Notes: generated by a model not told the origin, from the letters alone. A DNA stretch of 54,706 bases from a virus (IMGVR_UViG_3300011269_000005:1-54706), one strand, 5' to 3'. Numbered from the stretch's first letter, positions 1 through 9,286 are shown. Made by a program: numbers and translations.

Positions 1-123
1 ATAACACTGCTACCGATCGTGTTTTCATCAGAATCCTATCGAACAGCCGCCCGCTCGAGCAGTGATGGTGGCTCCCGTTGTGACGTCTTGAATATCCAGC
101 ATGTCATTCGCCGCGGTCGTTAC
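1..123. repeat. Terminal direct repeat (circular overlap), left copy
   Basis: Identical to 54584-54706. The stop of 28..1140 overlaps the ATG of 53571..54611 across the join (TGATG), as expected for a circular assembly overlap. Confidence 0.95.
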
Positions 124-1140
124 AGTATGGCTCGTGTCAGAGCATGTAGTGCCGTTCGAGATTGTGCACGTAAGTCCGCTTGCCGGAGACGCGCCGTTGA
201 CCCGAAGTGTGAAGGCGTCCGATTTGGCGTTGCCTTCGGCTGCAGTCGTATGACAGAACATCTTTGTGATGGAGGCTGCTTTACCGATAGGCAACTGTAC
301 GAGCGCTTCTGTCGTGGCGGCCGTCCCGAGACCGATGGCCGGTACGAAATCGGTCACTGCCGATACCGGTAAGGCGCTCGACCCGCCCGTCCACCAATGA
401 TCGCTTGGGCCTGCAACTCCCGTACTTCCCGTAGACCCAGTTGCCCCAGTAGCCCCTGCGGCTCCACTTGAACCTGTTGCGCCGCTCGCCCCGGATGCAC
501 CCGATGCTCCAGTCGCCGCGGCCGGCCCTGTTGGCCCAGTAGAGCCCGTGGCACCGGTTGCGCCATTGGAACCATTGGAGCCCGCCGCACCTGAAGCACC
601 ACTTGCTCCGGTAGCGGCAGCCGGACCTGTAGGGCCGCTTGGGCCTGTCGCTCCGGCAGCACCAGCCGCACCTGACGTTCCGCTTGCTCCAGATGCACCG
701 GAGGCACCTGTGGAACCGGCTGCTCCGGAGGCTCCGGAAGCGCCGGTTGCGGCTGCTGGCCCGGTAGGACCCGTGGGGCCAGCAGCTCCGCTACTTCCAG
801 AAGCGCCCGAGGAACCGGCGGATCCGGATGCTCCAGATGGACCTGTCATGCCCGTCGATCCTACGGGACCTGATATGCCCGTGGCTCCAGTGGCTCCCGT
901 GGGACCGGTAGTGCCAACAGAGCCTGCCGCGCCGGTACTACCTGATGAGCCCTCAGGTCCAGTCATACCTCTTTGGCCCGTCATTCCGGTAGCGCCAGTC
1001 GCGCCCGGAGGACCTTGACCGGGTATGTCCGCTGTGGAACTTTGCGGCCCCGCTACTCCCCAGGGCCATTGCACCGCCCATACTGGCGAACTGGACAATG
1101 CCAGTAATAGCGAGACCAGAAGAGCGCGAGAGGCTATCAT
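28..1140 (-). CDS. Collagen-like (Gly-X-Y) fibre protein with N-terminal signal peptide and Cys-containing C-terminal beta domain
   Basis: [22 protein letters not shown] signal-like leader, about 200 aa of GAT/GPT/GAS repeats, located directly after tail tubular protein A. Confidence 0.85.
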   Translation of the reverse strand: MIASRALLVSLLLALSSSPVWAVQWPWGVAGPQSSTADIPGQGPPGATGATGMTGQRGMTGPEGSSGSTGAAGSVGTTGPTGATGATGISGPVGSTGMTGPSGASGSAGSSGASGSSGAAGPTGPTGPAAATGASGASGAAGSTGASGASGASGTSGAAGAAGATGPSGPTGPAAATGASGASGAAGSNGSNGATGATGSTGPTGPAAATGASGASGASGATGSSGAAGATGATGSTGSTGVAGPSDHWWTGGSSALPVSAVTDFVPAIGLGTAATTEALVQLPIGKAASITKMFCHTTAAEGNAKSDAFTLRVNGASPASGLTCTISNGTTCSDTSHTVTTAANDMLDIQDVTTGATITARAGGCSIGF

Positions 1141-1769
1141 CCGGGAAGCCTCGATATGAGCCAGGAATGATCGGGCAAAGGATCCGGCGGCAATTCGATC
1201 GCGTTCGCCCGGATCGCGGCCATGATAGCGGCCTTGTATTCCCCTTGGGCGAGTTGGCGTTTATTGGCGGTCTGGATCAGATCCTCCGCCATCTCCATTG
1301 CGAGACGGCAGGCCAGCGCCATCACGAAACACGAGTCGAACTGGTTCGGGTCGGTCACCTTGCGCATGTAGCGGATGCCCAGCGGTGCCGGAAAGTTCGT
1401 CACGATGGTCTGGCCCTCTATGCGGTAGTCGCTGCCATCTACGACCAGGCCGAGCACTCTCGTACTTCCAGGCGAGATCACGTCCCCCATGCCGCCCGGC
1501 GAGAAGCGCCCGGCCTGGATCAATTTCAAATAGTCGTCAGGAAGCTGGTAGGCGTGGCTGTAACCGAAGGCTGGAACGTCCAAGAGGGCTGGGAGCAATA
1601 CCCGCTTCATCGCGAATGACCACTGGTGCGCACGAATCTCGTTGTCACGCTCCATTGCGTAGATGGCGTTCAGTGAGCGCGCCGACTTGACGTTATCGGT
1701 GAAGCTGAGAATCCGCTGCTGGCCCAGCTTGGTCAGCGCGAGGTTCGCGATGTCAACATCCGAGGGCAT
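1137..1769 (-). CDS. Tail tubular protein A / adaptor (T7 gp11-like)
   Basis: [51 protein letters not shown] motifs and gene position. Confidence 0.85.
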   Translation of the reverse strand: MPSDVDIANLALTKLGQQRILSFTDNVKSARSLNAIYAMERDNEIRAHQWSFAMKRVLLPALLDVPAFGYSHAYQLPDDYLKLIQAGRFSPGGMGDVISPGSTRVLGLVVDGSDYRIEGQTIVTNFPAPLGIRYMRKVTDPNQFDSCFVMALACRLAMEMAEDLIQTANKRQLAQGEYKAAIMAAIRANAIELPPDPLPDHSWLISRLPG

Positions 1770-2190
1770 TGCATTGCTCCCGTTGGAGTCGGCTTCTGTC
1801 TAAGGCGCACTGTCTGCAACGACCTCGACCTTTTCTTGGGCCGCCCGCATAGCGATTCGCAGGAGTTAATTCGTGGCCTCGTTTGCAATGCGTAGGACAT
1901 TTGAGCGGCGAACGTCCGATATTCTCGGCGTGGGTAACCGGCTCGACATGATATGGACTGGCGCATCCGCGATTGCGGCAGAGATGATCCATCTCCTTGC
2001 CCTCGGGGATCGGTCCTACGAAATGCTCATAAGCGACGCGATGCGCTGTGTACATCCGGTCGCCAAGGCGGAAGATTCCGTAGCCGCAGGTGTCCCGATA
2101 GGCCATCCATTCCCAACAGCCATCCGGTGAGATAATTACCTTGTCGAGAAATCGCGCTAACTGTTCTTCTGTCATCTTGTCGCTAGGCAT
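1753..2190 (-). CDS. HNH homing endonuclease
   Basis: GCWEW, AHRVAYE, DHLCRNRGC..P.HVEPVTHAEN, THCKRGHE. Confidence 0.9.
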   Translation of the reverse strand: MPSDKMTEEQLARFLDKVIISPDGCWEWMAYRDTCGYGIFRLGDRMYTAHRVAYEHFVGPIPEGKEMDHLCRNRGCASPYHVEPVTHAENIGRSPLKCPTHCKRGHELTPANRYAGGPRKGRGRCRQCALDRSRLQREQCNALGC

Positions 2191-2339
2191 TCGCGCTGCT
2201 CCAGCGCGCGCAAGAATTGTCGCGCTAGAATGGCTAGATCGTCATCGGGATCGGCATTGACTCGATCTAGGATCTTATTCGCAAGCACAATAGCTGCGAC
2301 TTTTTCCTCAAGCTGCGTGGGCGGTTTGGATGATGCCAT

Positions 2340-2612
2340 CTAACCGATGAGCGTATAGCCTTCTTCAAAGGCTTTCGCTGGTGAGATCGATTTGTAGCCG
2401 TCCTCGTAAACAACGTAATAGTCGCCCGGCATCGGCATGTACCTGCTCACAACAGCCTTGGCTACGATTACGGGCGCGTAGCCGGGGTCCAAGATCGGCA
2501 GGATTACGTCTCCATTCGGCAGAACCTTGAGACCTTCGCCAATCTTGAGTGCCCAGACTTCCTTGTGACACAGATATTTGGGCATCTGGCGCGATGCATT
2601 ACTTTCGCTCAT
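2340..2612 (-). CDS. Small conserved phage protein (GDYYVVYEDGYKSISP motif), candidate anti-defence protein
   Basis: GGAG SD before ATG 2612. PKYLCHKEVWALKI...GDYYVVYEDGYKSISPAKAFEEGY. Confidence 0.7.
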   Translation of the reverse strand: MSESNASRQMPKYLCHKEVWALKIGEGLKVLPNGDVILPILDPGYAPVIVAKAVVSRYMPMPGDYYVVYEDGYKSISPAKAFEEGYTLIG

Positions 2613-2632
2613 GGAGTCTCCCATAGAATCTC

Positions 2633-3073
2633 CTACGGATTCCCCGGCTTGTGCAGACAATGGGCGAATTCGGCCGTCGAGACGTTCAGAGTCCCCGAAT
2701 CCGACACGCATTGCCAACCCAACGATGGATCGCCAGTGACCGCGTTATCGACCACGCCAGCGCCGTGCTGGATGATGAGGCCGTGAGTTGCGGTTGGTGT
2801 ATCGACTGGAGCAGCGAGTTGTGGCGGGAATGCAAAGCAGCGCAGATTGCCGCCTTCCGTCCAGCTCCACACCCAGTTGCACCGCGGCCCCGAGGCCGGA
2901 TCCATCACGATGACCGGCGTGCTCGTACCTACCGCCACGGGGGAGCCTGTGGTGCCCTTGGCGTTGATTGCCCAACCATCCGCGGTCAGAGTCGGCGATG
3001 CCGCAAATGCCCATGCTGCAGCAACGAACGATGCGACGAATAGAACGATTACCATCCGTAAGTGCCGCATCAA
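2633..3073 (-). CDS. Secreted beta-rich protein with signal peptide
   Basis: MMRHLRMVIVLFVASFVAAAWAFA leader and four Cys in the mature part. Confidence 0.7.
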   Translation of the reverse strand: MMRHLRMVIVLFVASFVAAAWAFAASPTLTADGWAINAKGTTGSPVAVGTSTPVIVMDPASGPRCNWVWSWTEGGNLRCFAFPPQLAAPVDTPTATHGLIIQHGAGVVDNAVTGDPSLGWQCVSDSGTLNVSTAEFAHCLHKPGNP

Positions 3074-3264
3074 TTCACCGCTGCGATCTTACCGGAGAAG
3101 TAATTGATGAGCTCTTCAAGGAAAGTGATCACCTGAATGTTTCCGCCGGTGAGCTTCGTTAGATCGACACGGAACTCCATATCGCCCGCGCCCGGTGCCG
3201 AAGTGCCCGCGGTAATCTGAAATTCGGTCTGGCCGACCGTTTTGCTCGCGCTGATAGATGCCAT
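3070..3264 (-). CDS. Small virion-module hypothetical protein
   Basis: GAGG SD, coupled to the next gene. Confidence 0.6.
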   Translation of the reverse strand: MASISASKTVGQTEFQITAGTSAPGAGDMEFRVDLTKLTGGNIQVITFLEELINYFSGKIAAVN

Positions 3265-3282
3265 CGCTTACCTCGGAAGGAA

Positions 3283-3298
3283 GGGGGCCGAAGCCCCC
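3283..3298 (-). terminator. GC hairpin with UUCG loop after the capsid/decoration genes (weak terminator or RNA-stabilising hairpin)
   Basis: Minus strand GGGGGC-TTCG-GCCCCC followed by TTCCTT. Confidence 0.5.
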
Positions 3299-3304
3299 AT
3301 CCGG

Positions 3305-3847
3305 CTACTGCATCTTGTAGGAAATTTCCAGCAAGATTGTCCCACCCGCGACGATGGCCGCTTCCGCGACAACCACCACGTCATATTCGGTCTGCGGATC
3401 TGCGGCGAGGCCAAGAACCTGCCAGATCATCTGGTCGGCGTTGAGCAGTGTGTAGAAATTGGTATTCGCGAATATCTGCTCCGCCTTCGTCGCGGCATTG
3501 GTCATCGCGACCGCATCGCCAAAGAACTGATCGGCGCCGGTCACGCCACCTGCCAACGTCAGCCATCCCGTGGTCGAGCTGAATCCGCCACGCAATGGAG
3601 TCTCCCAGAGGCCGATATCGACCGTCGTAGAGGCCGACAACGCGGCATTCGACAATAGACAAGAGACTACAACGGCATTTGCCGGAAGCGTGAAGAACCC
3701 ATACATCGAGGCAATTGAGTCCGCGGTCACGGTCAGCACGCGCGCCCGCTTCATGAAGTTGCGGCCTGCGGTGCGCAGATCGGACGGTAGCGGCGGTGAA
3801 GCGTCGCGATTGGTTATCACTCCTGATTTACGAATGAATACAGCCAT
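3305..3847 (-). CDS. Putative capsid decoration/cement protein
   Basis: Beta-rich 180 aa (LPANAVV, TVDIGL) just downstream of the major capsid gene, as in BPP-1-like phages. Confidence 0.65.
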   Translation of the reverse strand: MAVFIRKSGVITNRDASPPLPSDLRTAGRNFMKRARVLTVTADSIASMYGFFTLPANAVVVSCLLSNAALSASTTVDIGLWETPLRGGFSSTTGWLTLAGGVTGADQFFGDAVAMTNAATKAEQIFANTNFYTLLNADQMIWQVLGLAADPQTEYDVVVVAEAAIVAGGTILLEISYKMQ

Positions 3848-3882
3848 TTGTCTTTACCTCCGTCCCCGCCAGGGCAACGGTG

Positions 3883-4119
3883 CTAAGGCAACGTGGTCCA
3901 TGCGCCCATCGTTGACGTTTGACGGCCTTGCACACCCGTCGTCTGCGCAGGCAGAGGCGGCGGGTCAGGGGCGACCACCACAAGGACGGCCGCCCCCAAA
4001 TCCGTGATAATCAAATCCAACTCGGCGAGTTGCGGACCTGTCAGGCTGGCCGTCAACACCAACGCAGCCAGATTCGCCCGAGCTGTCTTGAGCCGTGCGG
4101 AGAGCGTCTCCTGCGTCAC
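3883..4119 (-). CDS. Hypothetical protein
   Basis: ORF in the same-strand chain after the major capsid gene. Confidence 0.5.
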   Translation of the reverse strand: MTQETLSARLKTARANLAALVLTASLTGPQLAELDLIITDLGAAVLVVVAPDPPPLPAQTTGVQGRQTSTMGAWTTLP

Positions 4120-4267
4120 GGCTTTTTCACATCGGCCGGCTTCGCTATCGGAGCCGCCATTTTCTTCGGCGGGTCGTCCGCGCCCTTGGTGGCCGACTCC
4201 GGGCCAGCCACTCCGACACGATGGACGATTCGCTTTACTTCATCGGCCATTTGCTTACCTCACCTCT

Positions 4268-5173
4268 TTACTTGAGGCAGTTCACCAACATGACCTTCTT
4301 TTCCTGGAGTCGGCACGCACCGAAATACGCGTCGATGTAGATCTGCCACGGATGTCCGCGCAGGTCGAAGCGCTGCGTGATTTTCGTCTCGATGCCCTGC
4401 CAGGTGCCGAAGTGCATCCCACCGCCGGCGTACACCGGAACCTTCCGATAGGCCAGCGTCGAATCGAGCCCGAGTTGCTCGCTATGGATGAACTGGATAC
4501 CCAGGAAGCGTGTGATCTTGCCTTCCGCGAGTACCGGCGCATCTGGCTGGTTGAAGTCGCGGTTGATGACCTGCGCCTCAGCCAGCAGATTGTCGAGCTG
4601 AGTCGCCGATGCGACGCACCAGAGCTTCTCGACATCCAAATCGACTTCGTTCTGCAGGAGCAATCGCCGGGCTTCACGGAGTTTGGCGACGGTCAGGCCA
4701 GTATCGGCCGACGCCCCGAAGTTCGACGCGATGATATTGCCCGACGGGAACGCGGTCGTATCATTGCCGAGCTGGCCGGTCTTGCTCGTCTCATCGAATG
4801 CCCGAATGCACTCAGCGTCGTGCTGCCGATTCATGGCCGCCTGCAATGCCTCCGCGTAACTGGAGCGCGGGTCGGCCATCGTCTGGATTTCGTCCCACTT
4901 ATCAAAGGGGACTGCCCCATCGAACGGCTTCGGCGTGACCCACCGATCGTCATGCGGCACATCCATAAACGTGATCGGCTCCAACCGCACCGTCCGCTGC
5001 TGGACGCCCAAAATGCCGATCTGTTTTACGGCCTGGGCCTGCTGTGACCCGGTATGGACGCCCTGTTTGAAACTGCTTACTATACGCTCATAGCGCTGTT
5101 GAGCAAGCAATTCGAAGATTTGGGTAAACTTGTACTCAAAAAGTGCCACTACGCTCTGATCAATAGTAGCCAT
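4268..5173 (-). CDS. Major capsid protein (BPP-1 Bbp17-like)
   Basis: LAQQR, D..D.IQTMADPRSSYA, AAMNRQHD, GLTVAKLREARRLL, DFN...LAEGKITRFLGIQF, GACRLQEKKV. Confidence 0.9.
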   Translation of the reverse strand: MATIDQSVVALFEYKFTQIFELLAQQRYERIVSSFKQGVHTGSQQAQAVKQIGILGVQQRTVRLEPITFMDVPHDDRWVTPKPFDGAVPFDKWDEIQTMADPRSSYAEALQAAMNRQHDAECIRAFDETSKTGQLGNDTTAFPSGNIIASNFGASADTGLTVAKLREARRLLLQNEVDLDVEKLWCVASATQLDNLLAEAQVINRDFNQPDAPVLAEGKITRFLGIQFIHSEQLGLDSTLAYRKVPVYAGGGMHFGTWQGIETKITQRFDLRGHPWQIYIDAYFGACRLQEKKVMLVNCLK

Positions 5174-5175
5174 CG

Positions 5176-5718
5176 CTACTTAACCTCTTTAAGTATCACT
5201 TGAGTCAAGTGAGACTCAAGGTAAGAGGCTACTTTGCGAGCGATCTCAACGGAATCTCTCAGATGGCCAAGCGCAATATTGCAGTGGCGACAAAGCAGTG
5301 CACGCACCTTCCCCGTTGCGTGATCGTGATCGACGTGACGAGTTACTTCGTCGATGGAGTCGGCACAAATCGCGCACTGGAAAGATTGCGCAGCGAGCAT
5401 CGCCTGAAATTCAGCGAAGCTCATCCCATATTTGTGTCTCAGATCTCTGTCGTGGAAGTAGGAAGGATCCTGCGCACGTTTAGCGGCGTTCCATTGCCGA
5501 TTACGCACGCGTCCCTGTTCACGTAGCTCTTCGGGCCCTTCGCGGATTTTCTGGCGTTGAAGACAGGCAGCATTCTTCTGCCGATACGGGAACAGTTTAT
5601 ACTGCTCGCGCCGTTTCGCCTTGCGTCGTTCGTACCAAGATGGATCAGACTCCGTCTTGCGTAGTTCCCACGCTTTATAGGCTTCGGCTTTTTTGGCTTT
5701 GAGTTCTTCCGGAGTCAT
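5176..5718 (-). CDS. Endonuclease VII-like homing endonuclease
   Basis: KYGMS, QSFQCAIC, HVDHDHATGKVRALLCRHCNIALG. Confidence 0.9.
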   Translation of the reverse strand: MTPEELKAKKAEAYKAWELRKTESDPSWYERRKAKRREQYKLFPYRQKNAACLQRQKIREGPEELREQGRVRNRQWNAAKRAQDPSYFHDRDLRHKYGMSFAEFQAMLAAQSFQCAICADSIDEVTRHVDHDHATGKVRALLCRHCNIALGHLRDSVEIARKVASYLESHLTQVILKEVK

Positions 5719-5823
5719 CCGGTGCAGCCTCTAGTTAATCCCTCGATCAACGTCGACGCGGCCTACCCGGATAACCGGAACCTTGTCTAGCTCAAATAAC
5801 GCTTGAGCATACTGGCGGCAGTC

Positions 5824-7515
5824 TCATCCTGCTTCAGCGGACCTCCGTAGGCTACCCGCTACCGCGAGCATTAGCACAAACACTGTGCCAAGGGAAATAG
5901 CCTTACCAATGCGGCGGATCGGCGTTGGATGGGAAAGATAGTCGCGCGTCGCGGCATCTTCTGGCTCGTACTCGCCCCTAGTCGTGGTTTCCCAGCCGCT
6001 CGCAGCGATGTTCGCCGGCGTGAAGTAGGCATCATTCAGATTGATGTAACCCTTCGGCTGCGCATGGCTGAGATTCACCGCAATCAGGATCGCGATGGTC
6101 AGGATTATCAGAATGTGCCCATGTTTCACGTGGAACATTGCCTCGAAGGCCCACAGCGAGAGTAACGGCATAAAGAGCGCGGGAAGTGCGAGCGTACGCC
6201 AAGGGAACTGAAAGTATTGAAGGATCGAGATGTGATCCCAGACGGGCGTGCTGTAACCGGTCGCCAGGAAGGCGCCGATTATTGATGCGGCGGCGAACGC
6301 ACAAACAAGTGATATCCGTTCGGAATCGGAATCTCCTCGCCACAATCGGGACAGTGCCAGCCGAGCAGGACCTTGCCGTTCTCGGCTATTACTGTCACTG
6401 GGATCGCCTGGGGATGCTCGCAGTTGATCATGAAAGGCATAGATGACTCTCCTTAAGGAGGCGGCGGCAGCACAGGCTGCCAATGGGTGGGCTTGATTCC
6501 GAAGACGCCACGGGCTGTCCAGCAAGATAGATTGGCTGCCCATCTCATCACTACAAGTTGGTCTACCCATAGATAATTGCCGGGGGCGGGGACGTAGCCA
6601 ATTACCCAAGTTCCATCGTGTGGCGCGGTCTCTATGGTTTGCCACTCCATAAGCAAAGAATAGACCCGTTAGGGCCAACGCGATATGCGGCAGGCCGAGC
6701 GCATAGTCCATGCCGAGCGGCGAATAGCCGAATTGCCAGTGGCCCCAAACGAGTTGATTCAGCCAGATGAAATGGCGATGGTAATCGAAGAAGTCGGTGC
6801 GCAGCAATTCGGGCCGGACATACTGCATCTCGAAGAGGGCGGGAAGCCAGAAATAAGCGCTGAGACCTACAGCACCGGCCAGCGCCCTGGGGGAGCGCCA
6901 ACCGGTGCCTCGGCTGGAGGAGATTGCAATGAATGTTGGAAACATTAGCAGAGCGATGGCATTGTGCGCAAGTGGCAGCAGCGCGAGCGCGAAGGCCGCG
7001 AAATACCACGGCCACGCGAGCAGGACATAAAGGCCAAGCGGCGCGACGCAGAGGGCGGCCATTTCCGCCATACGGACGCTCACGTATAAGTCAATAGATT
7101 GATAGGGTGCCCACAACCAGGCGACGGAGGCTCCGAGTGATGCCCACTGAGAGAATCCCAAGTGCCGCCCTATTCCGTAAACTGACGCGGCGCCTACGGC
7201 AACTAGAAGTGCAAGCGCGAGCTGTAAGGAGACGGCTAGCCCGCATCCGAGCTTCCAAAACGGGAGTGCCACCGCGTAAATGAGCGGTGGACAGAATTCA
7301 AATAGTGGCTGGCCGCGACCGCTCGATAGATCTGGCGCCCATAAAGGCGGGAAGCCGGAGCGGCTGAATTCAACTAGCCGAGCGGGGTAGGCCATCGAGT
7401 CATGTCCGTCAATCAGAAGTGGCTGGAATAAAGGGAGTGTGAAGGTCAGATATGCCACGCTCGCGATTAAGGCTAGAATTAGCTTGTCGCGGTTATGTAA
7501 TACTTGATAACCCAA
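5824..7515 (-). CDS. Polytopic membrane GT-C-type glycosyltransferase (6-pyruvoyl-tetrahydropterin synthase-related membrane family) with an in-frame insertion of about 115 aa
   Basis: DGHD, P.WAPDL..G.G.PLF.F.PPL.Y, APY...DLYV, GLSAYFWLPAL.E, LQYFQFPWR, GEYEP motifs and many transmembrane segments. Confidence 0.8.
   Translation of the reverse strand: MGYQVLHNRDKLILALIASVAYLTFTLPLFQPLLIDGHDSMAYPARLVEFSRSGFPPLWAPDLSSGRGQPLFEFCPPLIYAVALPFWKLGCGLAVSLQLALALLVAVGAASVYGIGRHLGFSQWASLGASVAWLWAPYQSIDLYVSVRMAEMAALCVAPLGLYVLLAWPWYFAAFALALLPLAHNAIALLMFPTFIAISSSRGTGWRSPRALAGAVGLSAYFWLPALFEMQYVRPELLRTDFFDYHRHFIWLNQLVWGHWQFGYSPLGMDYALGLPHIALALTGLFFAYGVANHRDRATRWNLGNWLRPRPRQLSMGRPTCSDEMGSQSILLDSPWRLRNQAHPLAACAAAASLRRVIYAFHDQLRASPGDPSDSNSRERQGPARLALSRLWRGDSDSERISLVCAFAAASIIGAFLATGYSTPVWDHISILQYFQFPWRTLALPALFMPLLSLWAFEAMFHVKHGHILIILTIAILIAVNLSHAQPKGYINLNDAYFTPANIAASGWETTTRGEYEPEDAATRDYLSHPTPIRRIGKAISLGTVFVLMLAVAGSLRRSAEAG
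6279..6440 (-). CDS. 53-aa Zn-ribbon-like protein nested in the GT-C gene (not in the ORF track)
   Basis: TAAGGAG SD, then MPFMINCEHPQAIPVTVIAENGKVLLGWHCPDCGEEIPIPNGYHLFVRSPPHQ*. Confidence 0.65.
   Translation of the reverse strand: MPFMINCEHPQAIPVTVIAENGKVLLGWHCPDCGEEIPIPNGYHLFVRSPPHQ
6453..6650 (-). CDS. DUF551-like small phage protein nested in the +1 frame of the GT-C gene
   Basis: MEWQTIETAPHDGT...PTHWQPVLPPPP matches the WQPIETAPKDGT...PTHWMPLP.PP family signature. Confidence 0.75.
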   Translation of the reverse strand: MEWQTIETAPHDGTWVIGYVPAPGNYLWVDQLVVMRWAANLSCWTARGVFGIKPTHWQPVLPPPP

Positions 7516-7537
7516 GTGGGTTCGGTTATCTTGTTTC

Positions 7538-7943
7538 TGTGGAAAATCGCAATCCGATTGACGAAGCGTTCAAGATATTACATGCGGACATGGACGCAAC
7601 ATGCCCCGCAGCGCTCATTGAGCGTGGCCGCCGGATGTGGCGCGTACTTGGCTTAACTAACACAGATCTGGCAGCTATAGAAACTTGCATCGGTGCTCCT
7701 AAGCTAGAGCAACTCCTTTCGCTGGCCTCTTGTGATGCCCCCATGGTACAAGCCGTGACACGGCTCGCGCGTGAATTTAGTCATATGAGCTTGCGTGCAT
7801 TCAGTCGTAGTTGGCGTACAAGCAAAAAGGGCGGACTGGTACGTAGCCCGCGTAAGGCGGCTGCCGCTCGTGCTAATGGAAAGCTCGGAGGACGACCTGC
7901 CTTATCCAAGACCCGTAAGCGGAAGCCGCGCGCGCGTGAATAG
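7538..7943 (+). CDS. Hypothetical basic protein with KAAAARANGKLGGRP motif
   Basis: This motif is common in small phage DNA-binding-like proteins. The start codon is uncertain. Confidence 0.55.
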
Positions 7944-7980
7944 AAGATACGCGGCGCAGCCTGTACTGAGTAGGACAACT

Positions 7981-8292
7981 TTATTTCCAACACGGTACAG
8001 AAACGTTCCGCATTTCCTCGTGCATCGGCCATGTCCATCCATGGCGCGCGGCCCATCCTTCGGTGCGCGGACCCGGCACGTTAGCCCAATTATAGGTCTC
8101 GCACATTGCTACGTCGCCGTGCCGCACATAGCTGGTGATTGTCGCCCATTCTTCAAGACTGTGATACCAAGGATAGCCGTAAATTGGACGATCGCAGACC
8201 CAAGCCCCTGACTGATCGGGGCCGCTCCCCATCCACGTCCCGAGTGTGAATGAGAAGGCTAAGACAATGATGATAACCCTCGTGATCTCCAT
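7981..8292 (-). CDS. Small membrane-anchored or exported protein
   Basis: MEITRVIIIVLAFSFTLG hydrophobic N-terminus, coupled to the upstream gene. Confidence 0.55.
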   Translation of the reverse strand: MEITRVIIIVLAFSFTLGTWMGSGPDQSGAWVCDRPIYGYPWYHSLEEWATITSYVRHGDVAMCETYNWANVPGPRTEGWAARHGWTWPMHEEMRNVSVPCWK

Positions 8293-8293
8293 A

Positions 8294-9022
8294 CTAGCGA
8301 ACCGAACGTACACGCTGATCTACCGGCTTGCGGCGGCGGGCTCGTCGTGAATGCGGCGTCTCAATTAATGCTCGGCCTGTCCTATTATGTGCGAATCCAA
8401 GATATTGAGCCGGGAATACCTGCTGCCAACCATGCCCTGGATCCCAAGTCGCCTGATAGGCTCCAGGTAGCATCGCCGCCGGATTCCACGGCCCACTCAG
8501 TTTGCGCATCAGATCCCAGGGACCTTTACTTCCCGGCACAAAATACGCTGGCAATACGAAGTTGCTGAGCATCATCCCGTGCTTGATCTGCCCTTGAGTG
8601 TCGTCCTCGACTGGGTCGCATGCCTCGTAGGCCAGAAACAGCGCGTTCGGCAGATCCGACCATTGTGCGGTCTGGTCGATATATGGGTCGCCGAGCATTT
8701 CGAGAATCTCATGGCTGATGGTCACGGAGGGCTTCATCCCCGCATCAAGGGTCGTCTTGGCGAAGGCGAAACCGATAGGTCCGCCGCCTGAACCGGTCTC
8801 ATGAAAACCTGCTGCTCCGGCAACTGTGGAATCGTCCGCTATAACAAATTGCCATGACGCGGGATTCATCTTCTGGTCTTTCGAGACGAATTTAAATCCG
8901 ATGAGTTCCGTATCCCAATACCTTGCAAAATCTTGATTTGCTTGGGCCGCAACGGCGCTCATGACTGCTGCGACTTGCGCATCAGTCATCACGGTGGATA
9001 TGTTCTGGTACTGGATAATCAT
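8294..9022 (-). CDS. Putative zinc metallopeptidase-like protein
   Basis: AAGFHE, SVTISHEILEMLGDP (HExxE), YEACDPVE, LSNFVLP. Confidence 0.6.
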   Translation of the reverse strand: MIIQYQNISTVMTDAQVAAVMSAVAAQANQDFARYWDTELIGFKFVSKDQKMNPASWQFVIADDSTVAGAAGFHETGSGGGPIGFAFAKTTLDAGMKPSVTISHEILEMLGDPYIDQTAQWSDLPNALFLAYEACDPVEDDTQGQIKHGMMLSNFVLPAYFVPGSKGPWDLMRKLSGPWNPAAMLPGAYQATWDPGHGWQQVFPAQYLGFAHNRTGRALIETPHSRRARRRKPVDQRVRSVR

Positions 9023-9286
9023 TCAGTTCCCTCCGCCGCCTATGTAACATCCAGGCAAGACGATCAACGCGGGCACTGGCGTAGCGCCTGGGCTGGGACT
9101 CGCTACTGGAGTCGGTTGCGCTGCAAGAAGGGCGCTGCGAGCCTGTTGACATTCTCCTGGATTCAAGAACCCGCCTGGCGGTCCCTCGAAATAAACCCCG
9201 TCCACGTTGTTCAGGGGATTCTCGACGATAAAGAAGTATCCAGCCAGGATGATTCCGACTAAGAGTTTTGCCCAGTGCCGTTTCAT
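9023..9286 (-). CDS. Small exported Cys-containing protein
   Basis: ATGA overlap with the GT stop, MKRHWAKLLVGIILA leader. Confidence 0.55.
   Translation of the reverse strand: MKRHWAKLLVGIILAGYFFIVENPLNNVDGVYFEGPPGGFLNPGECQQARSALLAAQPTPVASPSPGATPVPALIVLPGCYIGGGGN

Noticed and set aside
1-123. Biological T7-like terminal repeat
   Set aside because: It falls across coding sequence at a gene junction, so it is more likely an assembler circular overlap than a packaged end.
548-1018. Plus-strand Pro/Val/Ala-rich ORFs (also 39842-40486 and 54250-54549)
   Set aside because: They are antisense shadows of the Gly-X-Y collagen repeats.
4004-5047. Long antisense ORFs (also 10747-11472, 16240-17109, 28819-29589, 29441-30265, 43819-44553)
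   Set aside because: They lie opposite well-supported genes in GC-rich DNA and have no recognisable motifs.
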